Assembly (NCBI RefSeq): GCF_001194135.2
Contig: NC_068999.1
Span: 40,459,601-40,492,416, forward strand
Direction of reading: 5' to 3'
Length of the DNA stretch: 32,816 nt
Origin: Octopus bimaculoides
Lineage: Eukaryota
Shown one piece after another: positions 1 to 12,472 of this stretch (position 1 is the first letter of the stretch; each line of letters begins with the position of its first letter). A program made the position numbers and the translations under genes. The notes beneath the pieces were generated by a model. It saw only the letters and a program-made list of their open reading frames with translations. It ran no database searches and had not been told where the DNA came from.

Positions 1-1250
1 TATATATATATATATATATATTATGAAAATTATAAGGGTAAAATATTTAGAAAATGTTTTCATACCACTGGTTAGCAAGCGTAATAAAACTCAATAAACA
101 ACATATTGCGATCAGATTTCAGCATATGCCAACCATAGAACATGACACATCAAGTGCTCAAGAAACAAAAATATTAGTGAAATACGTAGGTAGAATCATA
201 GACCATATTTCCGAGTTAATATTTCCGCTCTTCCACCATTCTTACCAGCCATTACATACCTATTTGTATTTTTTCATGATCTCGTGTATATATGTTTATA
301 AGTGTGTATATCAATTGACTGAGAGGTTGAACAATGACCTCATCATTAACAAACTTATCTCTTTCGTGTAGCCTCTAATAATAGCTTTAGGCTGATTATA
401 TTTATACGAGTGTCATTCTAATTAATACTCTATTATAAGTTTCTGTTGTTACATGATTCGAGACTGTCATGTAAGTTTAATGGATGATACTCAAATCCGC
501 AGTTACGTTGTTGTTTGTTTGTCTAAAATTGTGTTGTTCATGTTCTTCGATTCCTTCAAGGAATAGGTAGTGAATCGGAGCAATGGAGGGATGGAGGGAT
601 GGAAGGAGACGAGCGACGGAATTTACACGGTAACAGAGATAGACAGATGACGTATGCTTGTAAACAGTGAAGGAAGAATATATATATATATATATATANN
701 NNNNNNNNNNNNNNNNNNNNNNNNNNNNNNNNNNNNNNNNNNNNNNNNNNNNNNNNNNNNNNNNNNNNNNNNNNNNNNNNNNNNNNNNNNNNNNNNNNNN
801 NNNNNNNNNNNNNNNNNNNNNNNNNNNNNNNNNNNNNNNNNNNNNATATATATTGAAGGAGAGAAAATGGAGAAAAATGGGATGTTTGACTAATTTATTT
901 ATAGGATATAAAGATGTTGAAGTTTTGGATTATATAATCCCTAATGTTGATCTAACTTCAACGAATTATATATATTTATTTATATACACACACAAACACA
1001 CACACACACACACACATATATATGATGCTCTAATCAGTCACATCATCACGTGATATATATGTGTGTGTCTTCATGTAGACTCGTTTACCGTTTTCTCTAC
1101 AAACTACATAAAAGCCCTTCCGTGATTTTCTCGGGTGCGAATGTGGGCTCTCTGGTCGTATTTCCATGCTGTTTATCACGTCGGGATGACTTCAGATTAA
1201 TTTCCTATATGTTTTCATCACGCCGTCGCACCTTGCCATCACTTTTGTGT

Positions 1251-1275
1251 GTCGCATATATATATATATATATAT

Positions 1276-1333
<58 letters not shown>

Positions 1334-1350
1334 GGATAGATAGATAAATA
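1251..1350. repeat. compound microsatellite (TA)n-(GATA)n
   Basis: Direct reading: a TA run followed by a long GATA run. Confidence 0.97.
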
Positions 1351-1419
1351 GATACACACTTGTATGGGTGTGTGAGGGGTAGGATGTATGTATGTCTGTG
1401 ATTTTGCGGTGGGGGGGGG

Positions 1420-1612
1420 GGTTGTGTCCCATTCAACACTTGACAATTGGTTTTGTGTATGTGTGCGTAGCTAACCGGTCCGGCAATAAAAAACAATGGA
1501 AAACCTATCACATTTATAGCAGGTCGATTTGTTCAACTAAATTATTGAAGCTTGTACCCCGGCATGACCGCAGTTCAGTGTCTGAAACGAGTAAAAGATG
1601 AAAGGCAAGATA
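1420..1612 (+). mobile_element. SINE family A (CORE-type, OR2-like), decayed 3' half
   Basis: ACTTGACAATTGG...GGTCGATTTGTTCAACTAAA...CCCCGGCATGACCGCAGT...CTGAAACGAGTAAAAGA. Matches the 3' parts of the copies at 7793-8077 (CTCGACAACCGG, CTGAAACAAGTAAA) and 30161-30268. Confidence 0.75.
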
Positions 1613-2621
1613 TAAGGACCAACCTAGTGAGCACCCAAATAAAATATTCATAGTTCTTTCACCCGGTACCAAATACATATCCATATATAATTCTCTGCTC
1701 ATTAAATAAGTGATTCGGTGCCACGCAACAGTCCGTTTCTTAATTTTATAATATCGTAATATACTTCCGAATGATACCAGGTGGTTTGTCTTGGATATTC
1801 ACGCCAATGCTTTAAAATATATTTTAAGTTGCCTCTTGTGTTGTTGCAAATAAAATACACTGCTCTCTGTTACCAGTTTCGCTGATGAGGGTAGTCTTAG
1901 CAGAGACTGTATTAGATAGTATAGAAAATTATCTAATTTGTTGCTGCACATTGCGAATAAAATTATGCATATTTACTGCTAGGATGATATTAGTTTTGTT
2001 GTCTCGGGAAGGTGCGTAAGGCAATATGAGGGTTGCTATATTTGTAGAGAATGGTATATTCAATGTGTCTTGAACGTGTGTGTGTGGGTGCACACATTTG
2101 AATGTATATGTAAGAGGCGAAGGAATGTATGTAGAAAATAGTGAAGTGAGAATGAGTGACGGTGGAGTAGTGTGTCGAGTAAAGGTCATAAAATGTTTCA
2201 TTGAGAGAAAACTGATGTATAATTAGGTCTTATTCATCGACGTGAACCATTGACAAAATGTCGGCTTAAATAAGTGTTTTAGATGAAGAAACTGATGTAG
2301 AATAAGGAAGTGTGGTGAGGAAAGGGAGTGGGAGAATGTGAGAAAGAAAGGAGGATCATTTGAAAGAAAAATCTAAAAAAGAAAATAAATATATAGAACG
2401 TCAGTAATAGCAAAAATTCACAAAAGTTAGAATTAGAAGAGGAAAGGCGAGGAGGAAGGGGAGGAGGAGAGGAGAAGTGGAGGCAAGTAAGGGGATAGAC
2501 GATGATGAACAATATAAAAAAGTGGGAGGCTTAACTAATGTGGAAGAAGTAGAGCAAGAAGAAAAAGTTGAGCAAGCGGGATCAAGAAACCATAAAAGAT
2601 ACAAATCCAAAAATAACAAGT

Positions 2622-2623
2622 AA

Positions 2624-2672
<49 letters not shown>

Positions 2673-2760
2673 CGTTGTTGTTGTTGCTGTAGGTGGTGGT
2701 GATGGTAGTGATGGGGTATTGGTGGTGGTGGTGGTGGTATTGGTGGTGGTGGTTGTGAGG
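2622..2760. repeat. compound triplet repeat (TAG)n-(TTG)n-(TGG)n
   Basis: Direct reading. Confidence 0.95.
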
Positions 2761-2889
2761 TGCGGCTGATGGGTGAGGGTGAATGTGGTACTGGTTTTCG
2801 TGAATACTAGAAAAAAATTAAAGTGGATTTAACGAAATCAAAAAATAACTTAGAAAACATATAAAAATAGTAAGAAGCAAAATAAGTGG

Positions 2890-3020
2890 AGGGGGAGGAG
2901 GAGGTGGTGGAGAAGAAGAAGAAGAAGAAGAAGAAGAAGAAGAAGAAGAAGAAGAAGAAGAAGAAGAAGAAGAAGAAGACTATGATGGTGAAGACGATGA
3001 CGGAGACGATTATGATGACG
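2890..3020. repeat. (GGA/GGT)n-(GAA)n-(GAT/GAC)n triplet repeat
   Basis: Direct reading. It produces the poly-Leu pseudo-ORF at 2850-3086 (-). Confidence 0.95.
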
Positions 3021-3898
3021 ACAGAGCAATGATTCCTGAAATACGCATATACGATCGTAACCTTCGATCGCGTTCTTTACATACACGAATTCATAAAGGA
3101 AACATCATAACTTTCGTTGCCACCTCTAATTTCCATGGAAAATCTCTCGAGATTTAAGAAGGAATCGCAAACGCTAACAGGCGTAAAGCACAGTATTTAC
3201 TTCTAAGGCTCTAATATACGTCGTAGCATGTTATGGTTCCATATCGAAGAATAGTGTCCCTACCGGCAATTAATATATACATACCAGTTGCCAGGAATGT
3301 GCTTAATATGTAAAATTTGTATATTCATTTTGTGTTACAGCGTTAAATTTACTGGTCATTTAAGTTATGTGTTTTGTGGATGGTTAATAGGATCGATGTG
3401 GAGCTCAAGAACGAGCAAAACCTCCTGAAACATGAATATAAACCCATTCCCTATTTTTCTATCTCTTATTACATTGATTACATAGACGTATTTGTATGCG
3501 AAACATCGTGACTGTTAGTGCGCCCTTATAATTTCTATAGAAATAGACATATATGCGCCTATACATAGACACACCCACACACACAATATAATTTCGCACA
3601 TAATTATATTGTATATCTTGCAATCTGAAAGTTTGCGATATTTATATTGATTTGTAACTAAGACACAAAGCTAAAAATATATACGATTGGTATACAGAGA
3701 ATTAAAATCTTCAGCAGTACTACATTTTATCCGCCCTGTGAAAGAATAAAACACAAATTCGAGCTAAGTGAGGATTTGAACTCAGAAATTTATGTGTCGT
3801 TGCTAAATAATTATAGCTTTGTCCAAATTGCCACCAACGCATATCCACATTTCATAGATATTATTTATAGTAGAATTATATGTGTAACGTATATTACA

Positions 3899-4050
3899 GG
3901 TGCATGCGTGGCTGTGTGGTAAGTAGCTAGATTCCTAACAACAGGATTTGGGGTTCAGCCCCCACTGCGAGGCACCTTGAGCATGTGTCTTCTATCATAA
4001 ACTTATGGTGACCAAAGCTTTTTGAGAGGATTTGCTGGACGGAAACTGGT
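3899..4050 (+). mobile_element. SINE family A (tRNA head + CORE-like domain), 5' half
   Basis: A-box-like TGGCTGTGTGGTAAG and B-box-like GGGTTCAGCCC, then GGCACCTTGAGCATGTGTCTT resembling the CORE motif CCTTGGGCAAG. Homologous to 5657-5768 (-) and 7793-8077 (+). Confidence 0.85.
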
Positions 4051-4199
4051 GCAGAAATGGTGTACTTCAAATGAATATAAGGTGACGTAATCCAATGGTA
4101 GAGGGGGATCCTTGGATTAGGTACTCTAAAACAGTCGGAAGGACGCGTGGTCCGTGTGAGCTTGTAGTAAATAGTAAAAAATAAAACACAGAGAAAAAG

Positions 4200-4330
4200 G
4201 AAGACTAAAAAGCATAAAGCAAACTGCAAAAAAAAGACATGTATTAAGAAGACGCTTAGAGAAGAAAAAGAGTAGTCGCTTTACGTTTCGACCATAGCTC
4301 CGCTTCGGACACAGGATCAAATAGGAAGGT
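4200..4330 (-). mobile_element. probable Penelope-like element terminal fragment with a decayed minimal hammerhead motif
   Basis: The - strand reads GTGT CCGAAGC G GAGC TAT GGTC GAAA C GTA AAGC, then AAGCGTCTTCTTAATAC. Same layout and downstream motif as 20112-20179. Confidence 0.55.
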
Positions 4331-4367
4331 TTAACACGAATATATATATATATTTCTCAGATATGAG

Positions 4368-4368
4368 A

Positions 4369-4412
<44 letters not shown>

Positions 4413-4450
4413 AGCAGTAGTAGTGGTAGCAGTAGCACTACCACCATCAG
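4368..4450. repeat. (TAG)n with degenerate CAG/CAC tail
   Basis: Direct reading. Confidence 0.95.
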
Positions 4451-5656
4451 CAGTAATATGTAAGATATATGTTGAGACAATTAGATGGCTGTGAATATTG
4501 AATAATAGGGTAGAATGAACGTCAATGGAGGAACAGAGAGAAAGAATGAATACATGACGAATGAAAAGGAAAAGAAAGAGGCCAATGATGTAGTGTTGAA
4601 AATTAGCAGGGAGAGAGAAAATAGAGAATGAAAGAATAAGGAAAAACGTAAATAAAATGATTGGTTCGCGTGTTGTCTGTAAAATAATGTTTTATTATTT
4701 TCATTGAAAATTTAGCTGTGAAGTATCATAACGTGTATTTGTTAACTAAGCAATGCATAACTGGTAACAATTCCACTGATAAAGCTTCTATAGAAATAAC
4801 CATTCTAGTAGGAGAGAATGGCTTAAAGACACGTGTGGCATTGTGAATTCTGAAAGACTTTATTGTTCAGTTTATCACAAGCATGTGGGAAATGTTAATT
4901 AAAGGCATAGAGCACCCGCAGATTTTGCTGTTGACAAGAAGAAATTATGTAAGTATATCTATGTATACGTTTATATATTATATATATATATATANNNNNN
5001 NNNNNNNNNNNNNNNNNNNNNNNNNNNNNNNNNNNNNNNNNNNNNNNNNNNNNNNNNNNNNNNNNNNNNNNNNNNNNNNNNNNNNNNNNNNNNNNNNNNN
5101 NNNNNNNNNNNNNNNNNNNNNNNNNNNNNNNNNNNNNNNNNNNNNNNNNNNNNNNNNNNNNNNNNNNNNNNNNNNNNNNNNNNNNNNNNNNNNNNNNNNN
5201 NNNNNNNNNNNNNNNNNNNNNNNNNNNNNNNNNNNNNNNNNNNNNNNNNNNNNNNNNNNNNNNNNNNNNNNNNNNNNNNNNNNNNNNNNNNNNNNNNNNN
5301 NNNNNNNNNNNNNNNNNNNNNNNNNNNNNNNNNNNNNNNNNNNNNNNNNNNNNNNNNNNNNNNNNNNNNNNNNNNNNNNNNNNNNNNNNNNNNNNNNNNN
5401 NNNNNNNNNNNNNNNNNNNNNNNNNNNNNNNNNNNNNNNNNNNNNNNNNNNNNNNNNNNNNNNNNNNNNNNNNNNNNNNNNNNNNNNNNNNNNNNNNNNN
5501 NNNNNNNNNNNNNNNNNNNNNNNNNNNNNNNNNNNNNNNNNNNNNNNNNNNNNNNNNNNNNNNNNNNNNNNNNNNNNNNNNNNNNNNNNNNNNNNNNNNN
5601 NNNNNNNNNNNNNNNNNNNNNNNNNNNNNNNNNNNNNNNNNNNNNNNNNNNNNNNN

Positions 5657-5768
5657 CACTCACAAAGCTTTGGTCGGCCAGAGGCTATAGCAGAATACAC
5701 TTCCCCAAGGTACCACGCAGTGGGACTGAACCCGGAACCATGTGGTTGGTAAGCACAGAGCCACTCCT
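5657..5768 (-). mobile_element. SINE family A 5' half, running into an N gap
   Basis: The - strand reads AGGAGTGGCT...TTACCAACCACATGGTTCCGGGTTCAGTCCCACTGCGTGGTACCTTGGGGAAGTGT...GACCAAAGCTTTGTGAGTG: a tRNA-like head with a B box plus a CORE-like motif. Confidence 0.88.
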
Positions 5769-5774
5769 ATTTTA

Positions 5775-6140
5775 TCGTAACACAACGCCAGATCACACAT
5801 CGCAAAAATGACATTGGCGAAACTACAGGAGTTGGAAGTTCTCCATCATCCACCAAACTCTCCTGATCTTGTTTCCATTGACTACCACTTCTTGCAGAAT
5901 TTGGATAACTTTTAATAGGAAAAAAATGTAATACCGACGATGCTGTAAGACAGGCCTTCCAGGATTTTATTGACTCTAGATTGCCGAGCTTTTACAGTTC
6001 CGAGCTGGACAAGATACTGCTGAAATGGCAAAAGTGTATTGACAATATGGCTGCATACTTTGAGGGATAAAACATTTATTTATAAAACATTAGCAAACTC
6101 TTTTTTTTCTTTTCTACAAATTTCATACTTGACGACCTAA
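5775..6140 (+). mobile_element. mariner (DD34D) transposon 3' remnant: transposase C-terminus plus right TIR
   Basis: Manual translation from 5781 gives HNARSHIAKMTLAKLQELEVLHHPPNSPDLVSIDYHFLQNLDNF**, then after a frameshift ...FYSSELDKILLKWQKCIDNMAAYFEG* (stop 6068-6070). HPPxSPDL..DYH and WQKCI are mariner hallmarks. It ends TTCATACTTGACGACCTAA followed by TA (6141-6142). Confidence 0.92.
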
Positions 6141-7100
6141 TATTACGTATGCATGGAAGTATGTATATATGTATGTGTATGTTTGTATGTAAGTACATTA
6201 TATGCATGTATATGTGAATATGCAAGCCTGTATGTACGTATGTATATGTGTATATGAGTACGTATGTGTTTATCCATGTATGTATGTATGTATGTATATG
6301 TACGTATGTATGTATCTTTTTGCATCTACGTGTGTTTTTAAGAGAGATACAGTAGCAAGCTTTTGCAGGTAGCAAAAACTTTTAAGAATTTAATAAAAAA
6401 ATATTACAGTTAAAATTCAAGCACACATACACAATAAACACACTGAATACTACATACACACGCATACACACACATGCACACATACACGCGCGCGCGCGCA
6501 AATACACTCTCACATTTTCTCTTATACGTTCTTCTATATGTAAGTAGATATTAATATTTATTTCTGTGTGACAAATAGGTACGCAAAAAGTAAAATCATC
6601 CACCGATTTCTCTCTCTCTCTCCCTCTCTGTTTTTCTTTCTCTCTCTCTCTCTCACTCTGATATTTCTATCTCCTGGGGTCGCGGACTACATATACTCAT
6701 ATCATAGAATATCGAATAAGTTATAGTTCTCGTGATTTTGATTTGCCATCAGATCCAGTACAATAGACCTGTTAAGGGATGGTTTTTCGACAGCATTGCT
6801 CCATGACCGTACATACCAACAGCTTTGTTATGAAATGATATTGACAAGCTAGCAAAATAGGTCTACCAGCAATCCTATTTAAATATCTTCACTTTTATTA
6901 CGACAGACTACATTCTACAGAAACTATATAATTATCAGACTATCATGTATTGACTCTAGGCTATTAATTCTTCATTGCATACGCTCTAAGGCTTTCATTA
7001 TGGACTTGTAAGTAATCCCTGGATATAGATTTATTCATTAATGAAGCAGGAGTCAGATCGTATGCAATAAAAGAATATATACATACACGTATACACATCA

Positions 7101-7132
<32 letters not shown>

Positions 7133-7792
7133 GAAAGTTTGAAAATGCACTNNNNNNNNNNNNNNNNNNNNNNNNNNNNNNNNNNNNNNNNNNNNNNNNN
7201 NNNNNNNNNNNNNNNNNNNNNNNNNNNNNNNNNNNNNNNNNNNNNNNNNNNNNNNNNNNNNNNNNNNNNNNNNNNNNNNNNNNNNNNNNNNNNNNNNNNN
7301 NNNNNNNNNNNNNNNNNNNNNNNNNNNNNNNNNNNNNNNNNNNNNNNNNNNNNNTATACTCACACACTAACGTGCGTGTGTGTGTCCTGAAAGTTACTAA
7401 ATGAAAGACAGGGAAGAGCAAATTCTCAAGGCGGTATGTGTACAATTTGAAGATACCACATATCTGTAGAGAAAATATGTCTGCATTACAGGTTTAATGT
7501 AATAATGCAATAACCTATTTAGTACCACAATTTACAGCGAACGATCAAATAAACTTCAAGCTGGGATATCAAGAAAATTTCCCTGCTATTCATATGAGAT
7601 TTAAAGATATATTTTTTAACATGCATAATTGGTGTGTTCAGTTATTTTAATTTTGTTCTTTATTCTTAATTGTCCATTCATGATATATTTCGGTTGAGTG
7701 GTTATTGTGGATGTAAGAATTCAAAGTTTTGAGTTTAGATTTTACCGCGAGAAGACCTTCGTGAAACTATGCCATGCATTGTTTTTTTATAG

Positions 7793-8077
7793 AGGTAGCT
7801 GTAGCTGTGTGGTAATAATGGTGCCTCCCGACCACGCGGTTCGGTGTTCAGTGCCACTGCGTGGCACCTTCCTCTTGTGTTTCTCTACTATAACCCTATA
7901 ACCTCAGATCGATCAGTCAGTGGATTTGGTAGAAAGAAACTGAAAGAATTCTGTCATATACGTGTGTGTCTTTTTCTCCATGTTTGTACGCGATCACAAC
8001 TCGACAACCGGTGGTGGTGTATTTACGTCAGAGTAACGTAGCTGCTTGGCAAACTCTCTTGGCTGAAACAAGTAAAT
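7793..8077 (+). mobile_element. SINE family A, decayed near-full copy with a 3' internal deletion
   Basis: Head GTAGCTGTGTGGTAA...GGTTCGGTGTTCAGTGCCACTGCGTGGCACCTT, middle GTGGATTTGGTAGAAAGAAACTGAAAGAA, end GGCTGAAACAAGTAAA. Confidence 0.8.
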
Positions 8078-9363
8078 ATATGTTGGCTCCTACTTAAATG
8101 AATTTTTCTTATGTTTTCTGTCATGTCTTATTGTTTAGTCATCTTCTGGGTCTTCTTTAATTTGCAGAACTGGTTCATCAGATGGTTACCGCAATCGATG
8201 ACTATTTCACCAATCCATTAAGTGAATTAATATGCTCATCAATTAGTATCAATAGTTTCACTTTATATATCCGTTATCATAGCATCAAATATGTTATAAC
8301 ATACATATTTACACTCATATATATACATATGTATATATAAACATTATAGACACATATACATACATATATAATTATATATAACATACACACACACACTCAC
8401 ACACACATATTATATATTAATATATATATATATATATATATATATAATCTTATGTGTAAATATATTTATATATGTAAATATGCATAAAATTATGGGGACG
8501 TGCGTGGGTGTCCAAATGTGCAAACAGCCATACATACAGTGTGTGTGTTTATANNNNNNNNNNNNNNNNNNNNNNNNNNNNNNNNNNNNNNNNNNNNNNN
8601 NNNNNNNNNNNNNNNNNNNNNNNNNNNNNNNNNNNNNNNNNNNNNNNNNNNNNNNNNNNNNNNNNNNNNNNNNNNNNNNNNNNNNNNNNNNNNNNNNNNN
8701 NNNNNNNNNNNNNNNNNNNNNNNNNNNNNNNNNNNNNNNNNNNNNNNNNNNNNNNNNNNNNNNNNNNNNNNNNNNNNNNNNNNNNNNNNNNNNNNNNNNN
8801 NNNNNNNNNNNNNNNNNNNNNNNNNNNNNNNNNNNNNNNNNNNNNNNNNNNNNNNNNNNNNNNNNNNNNNNNNNNNNNNNNNNNNNNNNNNNNNNNNNNN
8901 NNNNNNNNNNNNNNNNNNNNNNNNNNNNNNNNNNNNNNNNNNNNNNNNNNNNNNNNNNNNNNNNNNNNNNNNNNNNNNNNNNNNNNNNNNNNNNNNNNNN
9001 NNNNNNNNNNNNNNNNNNNNNNNNNNNNNNNNNNNNNNNNNNNNNNNNNNNNNNNNNNNNNNNNNNNNNNNNNNNNNNNNNNNNNNNNNNNNNNNNNNNN
9101 NNNNNNNNNNNNNNNNNNNNNNNNNNNNNNNNNNNNNNNNNNNNNNNNNNNNNNNNNNNNNNNNNNNNNNNNNNNNNNNNNNNNNNNNNNNNNNNNNNNN
9201 NNNNNNNNNNNNNNNNNNNNNNNNNNNNNNNNNNNNNNNNNNNNNNNNNNNNNNNNNNNNNNNNNNNNNNNNNNNNNNNNNNNNNNNNNNNNNNNNNNNN
9301 NNNNNNNNNNNNNNNNNNNNNNNNNNTATGTATACATATATGTATATATATATATGTGTGTGT

Positions 9364-9395
<32 letters not shown>

Positions 9396-11237
9396 GAGAT
9401 ACATACATTGATTTACATACGTATATACACATATAAATGCATACATGCATACATACATACATACATATATACATACATATATACATACATACATACAACA
9501 TACATATGTATATCGAGATTTTTGTAACATTCTTTCTTAAAAGTATTATTTTCTCTTTTCCATATTCCTTTTTTTTTTCCTTTCTCTTTTAGCTTACACC
9601 GTTATAAGACTAAAGGATCGAACGCACGATTTCGTGATTCTTTCTCTAGGCTTTTGGTATTTCGTTAAGTTACCTTCAACTATAACAGCTATAGGGGATA
9701 AGAGGCGGTAAGAAACTTGTTGAATGAACGCTCTCGTATAACAAGAGAAAAGAGGAATTTATAACAGAGCAAAGAATAAATAAATAAATAAATAAATAAA
9801 TCCAAGAAAGACAGAAAGTATGAAAGAAAGAGAAAATGGTAATATATGAAAGAGAAGAAGCAAACCTTATCTCTAGATGCAGAAATAACCAAAAACGTGA
9901 TTCAGTAAAATGACTTTTGAAATTTTGTCATTTTGCTTCTACCAGTTACTCGAATCAAGTTTACTGTTTTGGTCATATATTCCAAACATGCTATATTAGA
10001 TACGGAACAATACATCAATAAAATTTGTCTCCACGAGTTCCAAAACAGCTTACACAAGCGTGTGTATATANNNNNNNNNNNNNNNNNNNNNNNNNNNNNN
10101 NNNNNNNNNNNNNNNNNNNNNNNNNNNNNNNNNNNNNNNNNNNNNNNNNNNNNNNNNNNNNNNNNNNNNNNNNNNNNNNNNNNNNNNNNNNNNNNNNNNN
10201 NNNNNNNNNNNNNNNNNNNNNNNNNNNNNNNNNNNNNNNNNNNNNNNNNNNNNNNNNNNNNNNNNNNNNNNNNNNNNNNNNNNNNNNNNNNNNNNNNNNN
10301 NNNNNNNNNNNNNNNNNNNNNNNNNNNNNNNNNNNNNNNNNNNNNNNNNNNNNNNNNNNNNNNNNNNNNNNNNNNNNNNNNNNNNNNNNNNNNNNNNNNN
10401 NNNNNNNNNNNNNNNNNNNNNNNNNNNNNNNNNNNNNNNNNNNNNNNNNNNNNNNNNNNNNNNNNNNNNNNNNNNNNNNNNNNNNNNNNNNNNNNNNNNN
10501 NNNNNNNNNNNNNNNNNNNNNNNNNNNNNNNNNNNNNNNNNNNNNNNNNNNNNNNNNNNNNNNNNNNNNNNNNNNNNNNNNNNNNNNNNNNNNNNNNNNN
10601 NNNNNNNNNNNNNNNNNNNNNNNNNNNNNNNNNNNNNNNNNNNNNNNNNNNNNNNNNNNNNNNNNNNNNNNNNNNNNNNNNNNNNNNNNNNNNNNNNNNN
10701 NNNNNNNNNNNNNNNNNNNNNNNNNNNNNNNNNNNNNNNNNNNNNNNNNNNNNNNNNNNNNNNNNNNNNNNNNNNNNNNNNNNNNNNNNNNNNNNNNNNN
10801 NNNNNNNNNNNNNNNNNNNNNNNNNNNNNNNNNNNNNNNNNNNNNNNNNTATATATATGTATGTATGTATATATACACACACACATGCATGTATATTGGA
10901 ATATGCAAATATGATTGATGCACCTGAAATAGAAACGACATGTTGTTCCAAACTAGTTATCTAAAACAAACAGTTGATACACAATGTTTACTGCGGAAGT
11001 GATTTCTTCCCGAATAATTTTAAAATATAATATATGAAAATGATGCATTGCCTATGAGTCTTTGCATAAATTCAATATATATGCATGTGCGTATATATAT
11101 GTATGTATGTATATTTATATATATGTGTGCGTGTATATATATACATATATATACACATACACACATAAATATACTGAGAGAAAGTCATATATTTATGTAT
11201 AATATATACAAATAAACGGACATATATCCATACACAC

Positions 11238-11275
<38 letters not shown>

Positions 11276-11409
11276 TCATATACATGTATATACAAACCTA
11301 CAAATGCATACATATATGTATGTGTAGCAGAAAGACTTGGAACATAATATTAGCAGCAGAACGGTAGGGAGACCAATCTCTCTACATTACGACGATTGCC
11401 TTGTTTTAA

Positions 11410-11916
11410 CAGATGAGACAATGTGAAAGGCTAAACGAACTGAAACTTTTCTCTTTGAAAAGGAAAAGCGAAAAATGTGCAGTGATATATATATGGAAAA
11501 CGATCATGAAATATCTTAATCCTAACTTTGGGACTGAAGTCTACGCGAATCCCCGAACTGGACATCATTGCGTAATGTTAATTATCCCGCCCTCTGTGTC
11601 CACAGAAAGATCACAGTATTGTAACACTTTTGAATTGAAATGCTCACAACTTCTCAATAGCTTGCCAAAAGGTCTCAAAGATCTAGGAGGAGTAGATATA
11701 GATGTGTTCAAAGAACAATTACAACAGGCTTTATTTGATAACCCAGATGAACCCACATCTGTTCAGCTCTTTTCATCTAGCTACTTCACAGTGAGAGATT
11801 TGGGCATGGGGCCGGGAAGAAACTCTGAAATGTAAGAAGAAGTCATTAATGCTCATAATGGTTCCCCCAGCGTAGTCACAACCTCTGGGTGAAAACAATA
11901 CGAAGAAAATAAAAGA
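11410..11916 (+). mobile_element. CR1/L2-group LINE 3' end: post-RT C-terminus of ORF2 plus 3' UTR, 5'-truncated
   Basis: ORF 11413-11835 reads ERLNELKLFSLKRKSEKCAVIYIWK...NSLPKGL...DVFKEQL....DNPDEP. This fits the RLxxLxLxSLExRR..Y / FNxLP / FKxxL..PDEP pattern of CR1/L2-group ORF2 C-termini. It ends in an AAGAAAATAAAAGA tail. Confidence 0.82.
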
Positions 11917-12300
11917 GCTTATATATGTGTGTGGTGTGGTGTATATATATATACGAATATATACGACGGGGTGCTGAAGAGTACATGGTTTTAAGAGTAT
12001 CATGGAAGGTCTGTTTGGAGGCCATCCTTCCCAGTTATTTTACAGAGCGTAAACGTGTGTGTGAATCTGGAAGATGAATATGTTGAATAAAATCATGATT
12101 AACTTGTATTTTCTTCTACGCAAAGCCAGTAAATTTTCAGCACATCCCTATATACATATATATATAGAGAGAAAAAGAGACAGACAAACAGAGAGAGAGA
12201 AACAGAGAGATAAATAAGGGTAGGAATGCATTCCGTTTTCACGTAGAACAGCAGAACAAAAGCTGTATAAATTTCTTCACGTACAACTATAGTAATATAT

Positions 12301-12472
12301 TCTTCTCTACTCTAAGCACAAGGCCCGAAACGTTTCGGGAGTGGCCAGTGGATTAGATGGACCCCAGTAAGCAACTAATACTTAATTTATCGAGCCCGAA
12401 AGGCAAAGACGACCTCGACGAAATTTGAACTCAGAACGTAAAGACAGAGGAAACATCGCTAAGCATTTCGCC
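12301..12472 (-). mobile_element. SINE family B (tRNA head + Meta/MESC-like central domain), 5'-truncated
   Basis: Reverse complement of the copy at 30271-30482: shares CACAAGGCCCGAAA, TTAATTTATCGA, AAATTTGAACTCAGAACGTAAAGAC and GCTAAGCATTTCGCC. Confidence 0.9.

Noticed and set aside
54-371. 105-aa ORF on the + strand
   Set aside because: No recognisable motif or splice context. It is compatible with a chance ORF in AT-rich DNA.
1876-1915. CTGATGAG...GAGAC possible hammerhead
   Set aside because: The core start is canonical, but stem II does not pair, GAAA is GAGA, and stem I cannot be formed. It could be a very old Penelope remnant but is not supportable.
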